DNA of 64,000 nt from Basidiobolus meristosporus CBS 931.73 (Eukaryota > Fungi > Basidiobolomycota), in contig MCFE01000153.1 of NCBI GenBank assembly GCA_002104905.1, forward strand, positions 88,523 to 152,522, given 5' to 3'. This document shows positions 62,033 through 64,000 of the stretch, one piece after another. Every line of letters begins with the position of its first letter. Position 1 is the stretch's first letter. The notes under the pieces are model-generated. The model did no database searches. It saw only the letters and a program-made list of their open reading frames with translations, and was not told where the DNA came from. A program made the translations under genes and the position numbers.

Positions 62033-62910
62033 GGGGGGGAGACAGTCACCAACAGGTGAAATCTTTATTTCAATTGAAACAAAGAAGCCAGCGCTACTGT
62101 TGTAGCTTTGATACAAGAGTGTGTAGCTGAGGGGAATTAGTAGGTAAGTTAATAAGAAGTGATGATAGTTCTTCAGTGCTCAAGACACTGTTCAGTGGGA
62201 AGGGGGGTAGCAAGAGAGGTAAGAATGACTTGTGAACAACATTAATCAGGGGAATGTGATAAGGATTGATATTCATCATAAAGGGAGTGTGCTGCTGCAG
62301 ATATTGCTGCCAAAGGTCTGTCAAGTACTTCAGGTAGGCCAGCTTGGGTTTTTCTGACTGCAGAATAAATTCAGCAAACTTCTTGACTTCAGGATCTCCA
62401 AGTATAGTTCTCCAGCAGGAACCAGGTGTTGTGTGGTGTGTTCTCTTCCAGGCCTTAATCAGTGGGTTGTTGCAGTTGTGAAGTCTGAGGTATAATCTGG
62501 TTCTAAGGTAGAGAAGTCTGATCTCATAGGGCATAAACCCAAAAGCACCAAGAATAGCATGTCTGTAGGGGCATTCAGGCAAATGAGGCACCAAGGAGGT
62601 AATGCACCATACTGCAAACTTGTCAAGCTTAGTGCAGTCTCTAGAAGTAAGAGAGAGAAGTGGTAAGCCAAATTCCAGGACAGGGAAGACAAACTGCTTG
62701 AGTAGAAGAAGGCAGCTGGGAGCTGAAGTTGTAGGAGGAGTAACAGCCAGTAGCTTGTGGAGTGCCTGTCTTGCTAGGATGATTCTCTTCTTCAGGTGTG
62801 CTCCAGAGTCTAGTCCAGTAGGAAGGAAAGGAAAACCAAGATATGTAGCAGAAACCTGAGCAGGTAGAGTGGAGTTCTCCAAGTTGATGGGAGAGCCCAA
62901 AGGTACTGTC
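62033..62910 (-). mobile_element. Telomeric LINE copy L4 (5'-truncated, about 880 bp)
   Basis: Nearly identical to 56317-57195; capped by variant telomeric repeats at 62912-62940. Confidence 0.93.
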
Positions 62911-62940
62911 TTTAGGGGTTAGGGTTAGGGTTAGGGGTTA

Positions 62941-63465
62941 GGGGGGAGGAAAGTCACCAAGTGGTGAAATCTTTATTTACTTATGACAAGTATCTAAAGA
63001 AGCCAAGTTAATCTGAAGTAATTCATAGAAAGCTAGGTCTGAGAGATATCTTCCTGGTAAGCCAGGTCTGAGGGTTGAGAAGCTGAGTGGTACTATATTT
63101 CCTAGTTAGCTAGGTCTGAGAGAGGTTTCCTGGAAAGCCAGGCCTGAGAAGTGAGAATCTGAATATATCTGAGCTAAGTTATACTGGTTTGCGGTAACTG
63201 GATTGTGGCCAGAAAGGCCAGTAGACTGGGGGAACTGAGAGGAATTTCTGGGCAATCACTGGCCAAATTTACTAGGCAAATCTGGCCAAATAGCATTTCA
63301 AGGATTTCAGCCAATCAGAGCCTTTACTTTGCCCGATGGTTGATCAGGCCATCTCCCAATGAGCACACATCAATTTATTAATCAAATTTTGCTGGATCCA
63401 GGATTTGAACCCACAACCATGGGTATGGAAGGGTTAGGGATAACCACAAGGCTAAGTGTTCTTGG
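62941..63465 (-). mobile_element. Telomeric SINE copy S2 (about 525 bp)
   Basis: About 97% identical to S1 by eye, same 5' and 3' ends; B box 63401-63411, A box 63444-63454. Confidence 0.8.
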
Positions 63466-63468
63466 TTA

Positions 63469-63720
63469 GGGGGGAGACAGTCACCAATAGGTGAAATCTT
63501 TATTTCAGTTGAAACAAAGAAGCCAGCGCTACTGTTGTAGCTTTGATACAAGAGTGTGCAGCTGAGGGGAATTTGTAGGTAAGTTAATAAGAAGTGATGA
63601 TAGTTCTTCAGTGCTCAAGACACTGTTCAGTGGGAAGGGGGGTAGCAAGAGAGGTAAGAATGACTTGTGAACAACATTGATGAGGGGAATGTGATAAGGA
63701 TTGATATTCATCATAAAGGG
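63469..63720 (-). mobile_element. Telomeric LINE copy L5 (5'-truncated, about 250 bp)
   Basis: Matches the LINE 3' end; ends ..cataaaggg|ttaggg. Confidence 0.9.
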
Positions 63721-63723
63721 TTA

Positions 63724-63762
63724 GGGGGAGGAACGTCACCAAGTGGTGAAATCTTTATTTAC
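63724..63762 (-). mobile_element. Telomeric SINE copy S3 (3'-terminal 39 bp)
   Basis: gggggaggaacgtcaccaagtggtgaaatctttatttac, the SINE-type tail, directly abutting the telomere. Confidence 0.85.
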
Positions 63763-64000
63763 TTAGGGTTAGGGTTAGGGTTAGGGTTAGGGTTAGGGTT
63801 AGGGTTAGGGTTAGGGTTAGGGTTAGGGTTAGGGTTAGGGTTAGGGTTAGGGTTAGGGTTAGGGTTAGGGTTAGGGTTAGGGTTAGGGTTAGGGTTAGGG
63901 TTAGGGTTAGGGTTAGGGTTAGGGTTAGGGTTAGGGTTAGGGTTAGGGTTAGGGTTAGGGTTAGGGTTAGGGTTAGGGTTAGGGTTAGGGTTAGGGTTAG
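63763..64000 (+). repeat. Telomere (TTAGGG)n, about 39 perfect repeats to the window end
   Basis: Uninterrupted TTAGGG array. Confidence 0.99.

Noticed and set aside
61664-62116. 150-aa ORF as a single gene
   Set aside because: The ORF is chimeric. Its first 28 or so codons come from the 3' end of LINE copy L4 read across the junction at 62030.

Overview
The window is the last 64 kb of a fungal chromosome arm (short GT-AG introns, fungal-type genes, terminal (TTAGGG)n). An early-diverging lineage is likely, but that is inference. It has three zones. (1) 1-20 kb is a multi-layer nest of decayed LTR retrotransposons: a Ty1/copia inside a same-family Ty1/copia, which in turn holds a complete Ty3/gypsy with an extra ORF and an inverted-repeat-bounded insert carrying a second gypsy fragment. 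(2) 20.6-53 kb is a gene island: FIT/Scs3, CPT1/EPT1, a conserved hypothetical protein, CENP-C/Mif2, an S28 peptidase, DAK, an SDR, an epsilon-poly-L-lysine-synthetase-type NRPS, a near-perfect 670-bp inverted duplication and a GH16/Crh enzyme. (3) 55.9-64 kb is the chromosome cap and the most interesting part. A copia is broken at about 55,880 and followed by a unidirectional array of nine non-LTR retroelement copies, each joined through (T)TAGGG. They belong to three families with one shared 3' terminus (AAUAAA, a UCACC-N4-GGUGA hairpin and an oligo-C run, no poly(A)): an APE+RT LINE whose ORF1 and ORF2 are in frame across a UGA-CUA stop, an ORF1-only (HeT-A-like) relative, and a tRNA-headed SINE containing CCCUAACCCU and repeated covarying hairpins. 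All coordinates, counts and translations were read by eye or taken from the supplied ORF track. No database searches were run.
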